A stretch of DNA of 64,000 nucleotides from a bacterium (GTDB lineage: Bacteria > RBG-13-61-14 > DATKZS01): contig CAXXFL010000003.1 in assembly GCA_963674965.2 (NCBI GenBank), forward strand, positions 192,001 through 256,000, in the 5' to 3' direction. A model generated the notes under the pieces. It was given only the letters and a program-made list of their open reading frames with translations. It was not told the DNA's origin and searched no databases. A program made the translations under genes and the position numbers. Shown in pieces: positions 27,851 to 37,578 of the stretch. How positions within the stretch are numbered: position 1 is the stretch's first letter; the number at the start of each line of letters is the position of its first letter.

Positions 27851-29020
27851 TCACTGCGCCGGGGCGGCGGGGAGTCGTCCGGTCCCGTTTCGAAGGGCGG
27901 CGGCGCCGAACTTTTGCCTGATCTCGTCGATGGCGCGGTAGAGCCTTTCCTTGCTCTCGCGCTCGCCGAAGAGGTCGGGCTGGGCGTCGGGCGCGAGCCG
28001 TGAGGCCCGAAGGCCCAGGTAGGTGACCTGCACCCTCCGCGTCATGGCGGCCTCGAGCATCTCCACGGCGTGGGCATGGACCTCGCGGTCAAAGGCCGTG
28101 GGACGCTTGAGGGTCTTTCGCCTCACCACCCTCTTCCCGTCCCGATACACGAGAAGGAGGCGGATCACGGCGGCCGCCGTCTTGCGCTCCCGCGTCTTTC
28201 TGCCCAGCCTCTCGGAGAGTTGCCACAGTATCTCGCCGAGCTCGTCCCGGTCGTTGGTGGGCGCGACCAGGGTCTCGCCCAGGTCCAGCTCCGGCAGTGA
28301 CTCGGTGGGGGTCACGGGCGCCAGGTCGATCCCCCGCGAGGTCTGGTAGAGCCTGTACCCGCCCGAGCCGAAGGCGTCGACCAGCTCGGCCAGGCTGAAG
28401 CGCTGGAGGTCCCACATCCTGGACACGCCGACCTCCTCGAGGCGCGCGCGCAGCCAGGGCTCGCCCGCCAGCATGCGGCCAACCGGGAAAGGCCCCAGGA
28501 AACCGGCCTCCTCGAAGTGCATCACCTGGGCCAGGCCCTGGCCCTGAACCACGCTCGAGGCCGCCCGTCCGATCAGCTTCGAGCCGCCCACGCCCCCGCG
28601 GGAGACGAGACCGAAGCGGGAGTCGAGCTCGCGCATGGCCCCCGCCGCCGCGTCGAGGGGAGGTCCCAGTAGACGCGTCGAGCCCGTAAGGTCGAGGTAA
28701 TAGCCGCCGCCGGTCCGCTCGACCGCGGGGCTCCAGTTCGAGAGCGCCGAGTGGACCGCGCGGTCGGCCCGGTGGAAAAGATCGGGACGGGGCGTGAAGA
28801 ACTCGAGACGGCGGCACCGCCTCGAGGCCTCGGCCCGCGACATGCCCCGGCGGACCCCCTCCGAAACCGCGCGGGGATTGACCGATAAAAGCCTCGCGTC
28901 CAAAGACGACGAGCCCAGAAGAGCGGCCGGACGATCGGCAAACCCGGACTTTTTCCCCATCAATACCTGGAGAGGAAGAGCGGGCAAATGAACGTGAAGT
29001 ATTTCCCTTTCCATAACCAC
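27851..29020 (-). CDS. imuB: ImuB, catalytically inactive Y-family polymerase
   Basis: Y-family sequence lacking the DxD and SIDE catalytic acids; QPDLF clamp motif; AIDEIRQKFG C-terminus. Confidence 0.85.
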   Translation of the reverse strand: MVMEREILHVHLPALPLQVLMGKKSGFADRPAALLGSSSLDARLLSVNPRAVSEGVRRGMSRAEASRRCRRLEFFTPRPDLFHRADRAVHSALSNWSPAVERTGGGYYLDLTGSTRLLGPPLDAAAGAMRELDSRFGLVSRGGVGGSKLIGRAASSVVQGQGLAQVMHFEEAGFLGPFPVGRMLAGEPWLRARLEEVGVSRMWDLQRFSLAELVDAFGSGGYRLYQTSRGIDLAPVTPTESLPELDLGETLVAPTNDRDELGEILWQLSERLGRKTRERKTAAAVIRLLLVYRDGKRVVRRKTLKRPTAFDREVHAHAVEMLEAAMTRRVQVTYLGLRASRLAPDAQPDLFGERESKERLYRAIDEIRQKFGAAALRNGTGRLPAAPAQ

Positions 29021-29381
29021 GCCCCCGAGGGACGGCGAAAAAATCGGCGGCCGCCGCCCCCTTTGGACCCTTGTTAATTAATCGATCCCCCGAAAAAGGC
29101 GGAAGGGGAACTAAAGACCTTGCCGGAACCGAACGCGGCCTCGCCCCGGGCGCTAAAAGAGGTTGAAGCCGGCGCTCGAGGGCGCTCTCTGGAAAGGGGA
29201 GACGCGTTGGGTAACCTTTTAAACCGGGACCGCTGGACGCCGTCCAGGCGCTCGTCTTGGGTCATGGCCTCGAGGCCTTGGGCCGTCCGGCCGGTCCCGA
29301 ACGGCGTCCGCTTGAATCGGTCCGCCGCCCGGCGGCCCCGGCATGGTAAACTTGAGCCGGAAAACAAATCTCATCTTTTGC

Positions 29382-29567
29382 GAGCTTCTTGCAAAAGTCC
29401 TTTTCTTGGCGGCCTAGCCGCTTTGGAGCGCGGCCGCTTGAGACCGCTTTCGATGGCCTTGGCTTGACAAGGCCGGACAATACAACTGATTGCCTCGCGT
29501 CAAGCCGCTCGGAAGAAAAGCGGCGTCGAGCCGCCGCACTCCAAAACGGGACTTTTGCAAGAGGCTC
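29382..29567 (-). mobile_element. MITE copy 3 (186 bp), between lexA and imuB
   Basis: Near-copy of the other elements; 4-bp duplication TTGC. Confidence 0.85.
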
Positions 29568-29673
29568 TTGCGTTTTCATCCCGCCGCCCGGCTTTGAGCT
29601 CCCGCGCCGGCCCGCTCGGCCCATCCCGCCGCGACGCGCTGATCCAGGGGCCCGAATCGGTCGGGCCGGGCGC

Positions 29674-30261
29674 TCAATACTTTCTGAAAAGGGCCACCAC
29701 CACCCCCACGACGCGGACCGATTCCTCGGGCGCCACGATGACCTCGAAGTCAGGGTTGGCCGGGATAAGCTCGATGTTCGGGCCCCGGCGGCGGAAACGC
29801 TTGACCGTGGCCTCGCCGTCCACCATGGCCACCACCACCTGGGAGTCGCGGGCCGCGGGCGTTTTGCGCACGACCACCACGTCGCCGTCCATGATGCCCT
29901 CGTCCCGCATGGACTCGCCCCTCACGCGCAGGGCGAAGTGCTCCTCGGGCGCGCCGAAGAAACCGGGCGGAAGGTCGATCTCGTCGGGGACCTCGTAGGA
30001 CTCGACGGGGTAGCCGGCGCGGACCTCGCCCAAAAGGGGAAGACGAAGGGGCCGGGCCACCAGCTCGATGGCCCGCTTCCGGTTACCCCACGGGGATTCT
30101 ATGTACCCACTCTCGGCCAGGCGCTTGAGGTGGTAATGGACCGTGTTGAGGGAGGCCAGACCCAGCCCGTCCTTTATCTCATGGTAGGAGGGCGAAGTCC
30201 CCCTTTCGCTCACGTATTGCTCGATCCATTCATAGACCCTTTTTTGTTTGGGCGTCAGCAT
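29674..30261 (-). CDS. lexA: LexA repressor
   Basis: LTPKQ...PSYHEI wHTH, AG cleavage site, GESM serine and TVKR lysine. Confidence 0.95.
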   Translation of the reverse strand: MLTPKQKRVYEWIEQYVSERGTSPSYHEIKDGLGLASLNTVHYHLKRLAESGYIESPWGNRKRAIELVARPLRLPLLGEVRAGYPVESYEVPDEIDLPPGFFGAPEEHFALRVRGESMRDEGIMDGDVVVVRKTPAARDSQVVVAMVDGEATVKRFRRRGPNIELIPANPDFEVIVAPEESVRVVGVVVALFRKY

Positions 30262-30267
30262 GAAACC

Positions 30268-30296
30268 ATGGTACTAGAAAGTTTATGGAAAGTCAA
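30268..30296 (-). promoter_or_regulatory. lexA promoter, probably leaderless, with a candidate operator in the spacer
   Basis: Minus strand TTGACT-N17-TACCAT-N6-ATG; no Shine-Dalgarno sequence. Confidence 0.65.
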
Positions 30297-30382
30297 GAGA
30301 AAAAATCAATATCCGTCAAAACCATCAACATATCCAATACTTGTAAAACGACTTTTCGGACGGATAAAATCCGGGACGCCGA

Positions 30383-30847
30383 TCAGTCCTTGTGATAGGG
30401 ACCGCCGGCCAGGATATCGAAGGCCCGGTAGATTTGTTCGGCCAGGATGGCCCGAACCATCTCGTGGGGAAAGGTAAGGGCCGAAAGGGACAAGGCCGCG
30501 TCGGCGCGTTTATAGACCTTTTTCGCCATTCCGTCGGCCCCTCCGATGATAAAGCAAAGGTCTTGTCCCGCGTCCCGGCGCTCGCCCATCCAACGGGCGA
30601 ACTCTCTCGAGTCCATCATTCTTCCCGTCTCGGTCAGGGCGATGGAATAGGCGCGGGGGGGAAGGGCCGCGATTATACGGTCTCCCTCCTTGTCCCTGGC
30701 CGGGTCCGGGTCCTTGCCGCGCTTCACGGCCGGGACCTCGATCCAGTTCAGCTTCACGCCGGCGGGAAGTCGTCTCGAGTAATTTTCGACCAGTTCCTTG
30801 ACGGGCTTTTCCCGGAGCTTGCCCGCGGCGACGACGTCAATCCTCAT
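30383..30847 (-). CDS. rlmH: 23S rRNA pseudouridine-1915 N3-methyltransferase
   Basis: FIIGGADG and LSALTFPHEMVRAILAEQIYRA...GPYHK. Confidence 0.95.
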   Translation of the reverse strand: MRIDVVAAGKLREKPVKELVENYSRRLPAGVKLNWIEVPAVKRGKDPDPARDKEGDRIIAALPPRAYSIALTETGRMMDSREFARWMGERRDAGQDLCFIIGGADGMAKKVYKRADAALSLSALTFPHEMVRAILAEQIYRAFDILAGGPYHKD

Positions 30848-30871
30848 CCCGGCCCCCGCTTAGCGGCCCCG

Positions 30872-31339
30872 TCAGTACTCAACCTTGTCCTCCTTTTCCG
30901 CCCAGGCCCGAAAGGCCCGGAGCGCCTCCTCCCTCAGCAGGCGGCGGGACGGCAGGGCCCTCTCCTCCTCGGGCAGCGAAACCTGCTCGTAGAAAAAGGC
31001 GTCGTCGAACCCGGCGGCGGCCGCGTCCTGCCGGGTGGCCGCGTAGTAGAGCGCGTCCAGCCTGGCCCAGTAAAGGGCGATGAGACACATGGGGCAGGGC
31101 TCGCAGCTCGAGTAGATTTCGCAGCCCTCCAGGGAATAAGTCCCCAGGCTCCGGCAGGCGTCGCGAATGGCCGAGACCTCGGCGTGAGCGGTGGGATCGT
31201 TGGTCGAGGTGACCCGGTTCCATCCTCGGCCCACGATTTTGCCGTCCTTTACGATCACGGCCCCGAAGGGACCGCCCTCCCCCGCCTCCATTTTCTCGAC
31301 GGCCAGGCTTATCGCTTCCCGCATGAAAGACTCGTCCAA
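30872..31339 (-). CDS. guaD: Guanine/nucleoside deaminase (GuaD-like, CDA fold)
   Basis: GGPFGAVIV, NDPTAHAEV, CEPCPMC and AGFDD. Confidence 0.85.
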   Translation of the reverse strand: MDESFMREAISLAVEKMEAGEGGPFGAVIVKDGKIVGRGWNRVTSTNDPTAHAEVSAIRDACRSLGTYSLEGCEIYSSCEPCPMCLIALYWARLDALYYAATRQDAAAAGFDDAFFYEQVSLPEEERALPSRRLLREEALRAFRAWAEKEDKVEY

Positions 31340-31350
31340 TGTTTCCCCCT

Positions 31351-32937
31351 TTACCGGCTTTTTCCAAGCTCGAGCCTGTAAACCATGGCGTTCATGACCG
31401 CCTCACGGCTTTTGCGCCTTGGCGAGAGCCAGTTATAATCGGTCACCCTGTATACCCAGGGGAAGTTTTTCTCCGGCGCCGCCATTATAACGACGCTCTC
31501 TTTCCTTCCCCCGACTTCCGCGGTCCCGGGAAAGGCCATGGTCTCGAAGCCGGACAGTTCCTCCATTCGCCTGTCCACCGGGTAGAGGCTGGACCATATG
31601 ATATATCTGACCCCCTTTTCCAGGTAGAGCCGCGGAACATAAGAAGCCCAGTCATCCTCCGGGAGCCTGGCCGAGGGGAATGTCTCTTTTTTCGCGTGAT
31701 ACTCGACCATGAACACGTCGTAGGCCAGGATGGCAAAATCTCCCTTTTTCTCGCCGACATACTTGATGGCCTTGTAATAACCGAGGTTCCTCTCGGCCTC
31801 CTCCCTTATCATGCCCGGCGCGAAGCCCAAAAAGTGGGACAGGCCGGCGAGAAGGCCAAGCAGCGGGACCAGAAGAAGGACCCGCGGGAAGGGACGGGCC
31901 CGGACTCCCGCGTGGTCCTTCAGGTTATTGAGCCTTCCCGCGAAGGCCTTGCTGACCGCCAACCAAGCCCCCACCCCGGCCGCCACCATGACGGCGGGCG
32001 TGAGGGGCAGGAAATAGCGCTCGACGTTGAACATCCACCAGGCGTGCAGCGCCGAGTAAAGGACGAAGAAAACCAGGAGGGGCCAGGCCTCCTTTTTCCG
32101 GACCATGAAGGGCAACCCGATCAGGGCCAGCAGGGTGGCCGCGTGGCCGCCGACGGGCAAGGACATGAAGAGGAAGGAGACGCCGGTCCGGCCCATTTGC
32201 GGCGCCCGCTCGGCGGACTCGCCCACGTAGGTCTGGAAGAGGAGCTTTCCGGTCTCGATATAAGTGACGGCCCACCAGGCCGAGGCCATAACGATAGTAA
32301 TGACCATGGACAAGAGGGTCCTTGTGGCGCGGGCTTTGTCCCGGCGGCTTGCGACCAGGACGAGCGCGGCGGCGGCGAGCAGGAACCATCCCTCGTGCCG
32401 GCTGAGGGCCGCCCATCCCCCGACGGCCCCGGCGAGGAGGGGCCGCCGGGTGATGAGCACCAGATATAAGAGCGCCATGAAGGTAAAGAAGGCCTCGCCG
32501 AAGGGCACGCCCGCGTAGGTCACCAGGGCCGCGTTGAAAGCCGCCGCCAGACCGGCGGCCCAGCCCGCCCTCCAGTCTCCGGTTATGTCCCGGGCCAGGG
32601 CGAGGCAAAGGCCGGGGACCGAGGAAGAGGCGATGAGGGAAACCAACTGCGCCGACTTGAACCAGTCCGCCGCGCCGAGAAGAAGGGAATGGACCAGGAC
32701 AATGGCAAGGGGAAAACCGGGAAGATACTTCGCGTGAAAGGACCCGAGCAACTCGAAGCGTCCATGGGTCAGGCTCTTGGCCAGGGCCATGTAATAGTAG
32801 GCGTCCTCCCAGTGGTGGTCCACCGCGAGGAGGGGCCACAGTCGAGGCAGAATCGACAAAAGAAAAAGAGCCGCCCACGCCGCGAAAAGGGGCCCGTCCA
32901 TAATGGACCGCGGCGGTATTTTCTCCCCGACCTTCAT
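31351..32937 (-). CDS. GT-C (ArnT/PMT-like) polytopic membrane glycosyltransferase
   Basis: Many TM helices; WEDAYYY, PGFP and RYFLP motifs. Confidence 0.7.
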   Translation of the reverse strand: MKVGEKIPPRSIMDGPLFAAWAALFLLSILPRLWPLLAVDHHWEDAYYYMALAKSLTHGRFELLGSFHAKYLPGFPLAIVLVHSLLLGAADWFKSAQLVSLIASSSVPGLCLALARDITGDWRAGWAAGLAAAFNAALVTYAGVPFGEAFFTFMALLYLVLITRRPLLAGAVGGWAALSRHEGWFLLAAAALVLVASRRDKARATRTLLSMVITIVMASAWWAVTYIETGKLLFQTYVGESAERAPQMGRTGVSFLFMSLPVGGHAATLLALIGLPFMVRKKEAWPLLVFFVLYSALHAWWMFNVERYFLPLTPAVMVAAGVGAWLAVSKAFAGRLNNLKDHAGVRARPFPRVLLLVPLLGLLAGLSHFLGFAPGMIREEAERNLGYYKAIKYVGEKKGDFAILAYDVFMVEYHAKKETFPSARLPEDDWASYVPRLYLEKGVRYIIWSSLYPVDRRMEELSGFETMAFPGTAEVGGRKESVVIMAAPEKNFPWVYRVTDYNWLSPRRKSREAVMNAMVYRLELGKSR

Positions 32938-33066
32938 GTAACCAGCTTATATCATGGATCGACGCGGAGGAAATCGGGGGCCGCGCTTGGTTAATTTCCT
33001 TTGGCTTTATTCTCCTTTCGAGCTTTGCTATGATTTCATGATTATTTTAGCGGAGGGTAAAAACGT

Positions 33067-34335
33067 ATGCCTAACAAATTTTTCGGAGTAAGCCTGGCGG
33101 CGATCGCGAGCATGATCTTGGTCTTTGGCGTCTTTACGCCGTCTTCGGCCTTTGGCGACGAGGAGCCGGCGATGGAGGTCGAGGAGGAATGGCCTCCCCG
33201 CGAGAACGGGTTTCAGATACCGATCATATTGGGGACGGAGGGCATAGGCGGCGGTCTTGGCTACGTGTTCCACGACTTCGGCAAGGACCACAGGCGTTTT
33301 TCCATTTATCCGGTTTTCGCCTACGACACGGATTATAGGATACTGGCGGCGGAGTACACGGAACCGAGCCTCATCCTGGACCGCGACGCGCTCAACTTCA
33401 CGGCCTTTTACCAGAAGAGGACGGGAACGCACTACTTCGGGATAGGTCCCGACCGCCGGATAGAGGACGGAGCTTATTACCAGCGGGAGCAATATCTTTA
33501 CGCTCTTTCCTACTCGGCCTTTTTAATGGGAGACTTCGGTCTTTCCGGCGAGATCGGCTACGACAGGGTTGTTCCCCGCCTGAGCAATCTCGATGACAGG
33601 GACGATTTCTACTCGGGCATATCCGAGCTTGACCGCCCCCTCGAGGACGTTTATCCGGGCCTGGTGAATTCTCCCGAATGGCGCGACGAGATGAACCATT
33701 ACTGGTCCGTCAGCGCCTTCTTCGACAACAGGGAAGGTCCCACCAACTTTCCAGTTGGCGGCGGCTACCTTATCGGCTCGGTGAAGAGAGTGGACGAGGC
33801 GAACGGCGCGGACTGGAACTACTGGCATTACAAGGCGGACGCGGCGCTTTTCGTTCCCCTTGGCGACGACTACAACATACTCTCGGGCCACGCCAGGTGG
33901 GACCGGCTCGACGGGGAGCGGGTCCCCTTTTACAAGCTGCCGTCCCTGGGCCAGTCGCGCTTCTCGACGGGCTACATCCTCGACGGCTACGCCATGCGGG
34001 GAGTATGGGAGAACCTCTGGGCGGACAGGAACCGGGCCCTTTTCTCGGGCGAGATAAGGCACAGGACGCGGGCCGGGTGGTACCCTGAAGACTTGAGGGA
34101 AATCGAATTCCCCTTTGACTTCAATCCCGAGAGGTTCATCAAGCACTCGGCCAGCTTCGCCTGGGTGGACGCCGGGCAGGTCTGGCCCGACGACGAGGAG
34201 TTCGAGGACGTAAGACTCTCCTACGGTGTGGGGATTTTCTTTTTCTTCGACACGGGAGTGGCGCAGCAGATAACGCTCGGGTACTCGGACGACCTGCAAA
34301 ACTACATGCTGTTCTCGCAAAATTGGAACTTCTAA
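33067..34335 (+). CDS. Omp85/BamA-TamA family outer-membrane beta-barrel without obvious POTRA domains
   Basis: Signal peptide; LG...MRG loop-6 motif, VDAGQVW and SYGVG; C-terminal Phe. Confidence 0.75.
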   Translation: MPNKFFGVSLAAIASMILVFGVFTPSSAFGDEEPAMEVEEEWPPRENGFQIPIILGTEGIGGGLGYVFHDFGKDHRRFSIYPVFAYDTDYRILAAEYTEPSLILDRDALNFTAFYQKRTGTHYFGIGPDRRIEDGAYYQREQYLYALSYSAFLMGDFGLSGEIGYDRVVPRLSNLDDRDDFYSGISELDRPLEDVYPGLVNSPEWRDEMNHYWSVSAFFDNREGPTNFPVGGGYLIGSVKRVDEANGADWNYWHYKADAALFVPLGDDYNILSGHARWDRLDGERVPFYKLPSLGQSRFSTGYILDGYAMRGVWENLWADRNRALFSGEIRHRTRAGWYPEDLREIEFPFDFNPERFIKHSASFAWVDAGQVWPDDEEFEDVRLSYGVGIFFFFDTGVAQQITLGYSDDLQNYMLFSQNWNF

Positions 34336-34412
34336 GGCCAAAGTCGCGATCAGCGGACGCGACGGCCGCAAAGTGACTTCGCGCAGTAATTAAACCGGAC
34401 CGGGAGGCTACA

Positions 34413-36239
34413 TTGAAAACGGGATCGATTCTTATCGCCATGATAATTTCCATGATTTCCGCCGGCGCGGCGTGGGCGGACGTTCCAAGGCCCGAGCATC
34501 CGCGTCCGGACTTCGAGCGCGACAACTGGCAGAACCTGAACGGCGAATGGGATTTCTCCTTCGACCCGGGCGACCGGGGCCTCTCGGAGTCCTGGCACGA
34601 GCGGGATTCCCTGCCCGACAAAATTACCGTTCCCTTTCCGGTCGAGTCCGAGCTTTCGGGGGTGGCCGAAAAGAGGCCGCCCGAGGTCATGTGGTATCTT
34701 CGCCGTTTCGACCTCGATCCTTCCCTCGAGTGGCCGGGCAAGACGCCGGGCCGGTTGTACGTCAACTTCGGGGCCGTCGACTACGAGGCGACGGTCTGGC
34801 TGAACGGCGAGAAACTGGGCGGCCACATAGGAGGCTACACTCCCTTTTCGTTCGATATCAGCGGCTCAGTAAAGCCGGCGGGCAACGTCCTCGCCCTCCG
34901 GGTCAAGGACTCTCTCGACCGCATGCAGGTAAGGGGAAAGCAGTCTCCAACCGGCAAGCCCTACCTGATCATGTACACCACGGTATCGGGCGTCTGGCAG
35001 ACCGTTTACCTCGAGAGACGGGGAGACCCGCATATCAAGAATTACCGCTTCGTTCCCAACGAGGACCTGTCGGGAGGGGTCTTCGAGCTCGATACCTCGG
35101 GCTACACCGACGAGGTCCGGCCCGTTCTCGAGATAATCGCGCCCGACGGGTGCCGCGAGCGCATATGCGACGTCACCTGGACCGGCATGAAGGCCCGGTG
35201 GAAAACCGAGCTCACCGAGCCCTGGAGCCCGGACAACCCGACGCTTTATCGGGTGAACCTCAGCCTGGTCAGCAAGTCGGGCCGGACGGTGGACGAGGTC
35301 CGGGGCTACGTGGGCATGAGGTCGATCAAGGTCGAGGGAAACCAGGTCCTGTTAAACGGCGAGCCCTTTTACCAGAAGCTCCTTCTCGATCAGGGCTATT
35401 TCCCCGGCGGCATATATACGCCCAAGGACGACGAGGCCATGCGGGCCGACGTGGAGACCTACAAGCTGATGGGCTTTAACGGCCTTCGCAAGCACCAGAA
35501 AATCGAGGACCCCCGCTTTCTTTACTGGTGCGACAAACTCGGGCTGGTGGTGTGGGAGGAAATGCCGTCCCTCGGGTTCGGCGTGCCCCGCGGCGTGCCC
35601 GAGAAAATGATGGGGCGCTTCGACCAGGAGTGGATGGAAGCGATCGGCCGCGACTACAATCACCCGTGCATTATCGCCTGGACCGTGTTCAACGAGAACT
35701 GGGGCATCGCCCATTCCCTGTTTGGCGGCAGGTCCGAGAAGTGGGCAAGGGACGCGGTGAAGCGGACAAGGAGGGCCGATCCCACCCGCCTGATAGTGGA
35801 CAACTCCGGCTCCTGGCATTTCGACTCGGACATATGGGACTTCCACCACTACCTTTCCACCGCCGAGAAATCGAGGGACCTTTACGAGAAATACGACTTC
35901 AAAAAGGGCGACCACGTGGGTCTTGGCTGGTACTTCCTCAAGCTCCTGTCCGGCGACGCTCTTATCCCCGTCTTCATGCCCGGCGAGGACTATGGAGGCC
36001 AGCCGATAATCGTCTCCGAGTACGGCGGGTTCGGTTTTTACCCCACCAAGGGCCAGGACCTCCTTACCCAGTACCGCGACTACACTCTCATGATGAAAAA
36101 CTTCCCCCAAATCAAAGGATACTGCTATACTCAACCTTACGACGTGGAGCAGGAAAAGAACGGCCTCATGACCTTCGACCGGCGGCCCAAGGTCCCCATC
36201 GAGGAGATCAAGGCGATTAACGACCAGATGGGCCACTGA
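34413..36239 (+). CDS. Glycoside hydrolase family 2
   Basis: PRPEHPRP, NLNGEW, FGAVDY, GFNGLRKHQK, NHPCII.W..FNE and SEYGG. Confidence 0.92.
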   Translation: MKTGSILIAMIISMISAGAAWADVPRPEHPRPDFERDNWQNLNGEWDFSFDPGDRGLSESWHERDSLPDKITVPFPVESELSGVAEKRPPEVMWYLRRFDLDPSLEWPGKTPGRLYVNFGAVDYEATVWLNGEKLGGHIGGYTPFSFDISGSVKPAGNVLALRVKDSLDRMQVRGKQSPTGKPYLIMYTTVSGVWQTVYLERRGDPHIKNYRFVPNEDLSGGVFELDTSGYTDEVRPVLEIIAPDGCRERICDVTWTGMKARWKTELTEPWSPDNPTLYRVNLSLVSKSGRTVDEVRGYVGMRSIKVEGNQVLLNGEPFYQKLLLDQGYFPGGIYTPKDDEAMRADVETYKLMGFNGLRKHQKIEDPRFLYWCDKLGLVVWEEMPSLGFGVPRGVPEKMMGRFDQEWMEAIGRDYNHPCIIAWTVFNENWGIAHSLFGGRSEKWARDAVKRTRRADPTRLIVDNSGSWHFDSDIWDFHHYLSTAEKSRDLYEKYDFKKGDHVGLGWYFLKLLSGDALIPVFMPGEDYGGQPIIVSEYGGFGFYPTKGQDLLTQYRDYTLMMKNFPQIKGYCYTQPYDVEQEKNGLMTFDRRPKVPIEEIKAINDQMGH

Positions 36240-36330
36240 AAACGCCGAGACCGTAAAAGCCGTTTGCCATGGTAAAATACATCCGGCAACCCGCGGTTCG
36301 TTGGCGGACGATCACGGTAAGGAGAGAAAT

Positions 36331-37578
36331 ATGATCGACTGGAAATCCATTCCCAAGTCTCGAAGCGTGGCGGACTTCGCCGAGTATATCTCGCCGGGCA
36401 AGGTCAAAAGCTATGAAATGATGGGGATAAGCATCGTGCCGGGGAAACGCGAGGGCGTGCGCCTTTGGGACGTGGACGGCAAGGCCTATATCAACTGCCG
36501 CTCGTCGGGGGGAGTTTTCAACCTGGGCCACTGCCCGCCCGAGATCAAGGCCGTGCTCATGGACGCCATCGAGGGGGGACTGGACCTGGGCGACCATATG
36601 CTCATGAGCGCCCAGCGCGCCGAGCTGGCCAAAAGACTGGCCGAACTCACGCCGGGAGATATCCATTACACCGTCCTGGGCGTGGGCGGCGGCGAGGCCA
36701 TCGACCTGGCCATAAAGCTGGCGCGCGGATACACGGGCAGGCCGGGGATTATTTCCGCGCTGGGCGGATACCATGGGCACACGGGTTTCGCCCTGGCCGC
36801 GGGGGACGAGTCGTTCAAGAAGTTCTTCGGGCCCCTCGCCCCCGGTTTCAAGCAGGTCCCCTTCGGCGACGCCAAGGCCGTGGACGAGGCGGTGGACGAC
36901 GACGCGGCGGCGGTCATCTTCGAGACCATTCCCGCCACTTTCGGCTTCCCCATCCCGCCCGATGATTTTTATCCCGAGGTCCGGCGGATTTGCGACGAGC
37001 GCGGCGCGCTTCTCATCCTGGACGAGGTCCAGGCCGGCCTGGGCAGGACGGGAAGGCTTTGGGCCATCGACGAATGGGAGGTCGTGCCCGATATATTGGT
37101 CCTGGCCAAGGGCCTGGCGGGTTCCTATTATCCCATGTCCGCCACCTGTTTCCGAAAGCCCCTGGGAAAGTTCTTCGAGGACAACCCCTTCATCCACGTC
37201 TCCACCATGGGCGGCTCCGAGATTGGCTGCGCCGTGACCCTGGCCCTGCTCGACGCGGTAAGCGAGCTGGATTTCCTCGAGCGCGTGAAAATGATGGGCC
37301 GCCGCTTCGCCGACGGCTTCGCCAGGCTTCGCGAGACCTACGGCGGCATACTGACCGAGGTAAGGCAAAGGGGCCTTATGATCGGCCTCAAGCACTCGGA
37401 GGACAAGTACGGCTTCCTCATGAGCGCGGCCATGGCCAAGAACGGCGTCATCGCCCTCTTCGCCAACAACGACAAGTCCGTGCTCCAGGTCATGCCTCCC
37501 CTCATCATCCAGGCCGAGGAGGTGGACGAGGTCTTGGACGCCCTCGAGGCTTCCTACCGCGAGGTATCGAGGATGTGA
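36331..37578 (+). CDS. Class III aminotransferase
   Basis: GGEAIDLAIK, GYHG, LILDEVQAGLGRTG and PDILVLAKGL. Confidence 0.93.
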   Translation: MIDWKSIPKSRSVADFAEYISPGKVKSYEMMGISIVPGKREGVRLWDVDGKAYINCRSSGGVFNLGHCPPEIKAVLMDAIEGGLDLGDHMLMSAQRAELAKRLAELTPGDIHYTVLGVGGGEAIDLAIKLARGYTGRPGIISALGGYHGHTGFALAAGDESFKKFFGPLAPGFKQVPFGDAKAVDEAVDDDAAAVIFETIPATFGFPIPPDDFYPEVRRICDERGALLILDEVQAGLGRTGRLWAIDEWEVVPDILVLAKGLAGSYYPMSATCFRKPLGKFFEDNPFIHVSTMGGSEIGCAVTLALLDAVSELDFLERVKMMGRRFADGFARLRETYGGILTEVRQRGLMIGLKHSEDKYGFLMSAAMAKNGVIALFANNDKSVLQVMPPLIIQAEEVDEVLDALEASYREVSRM

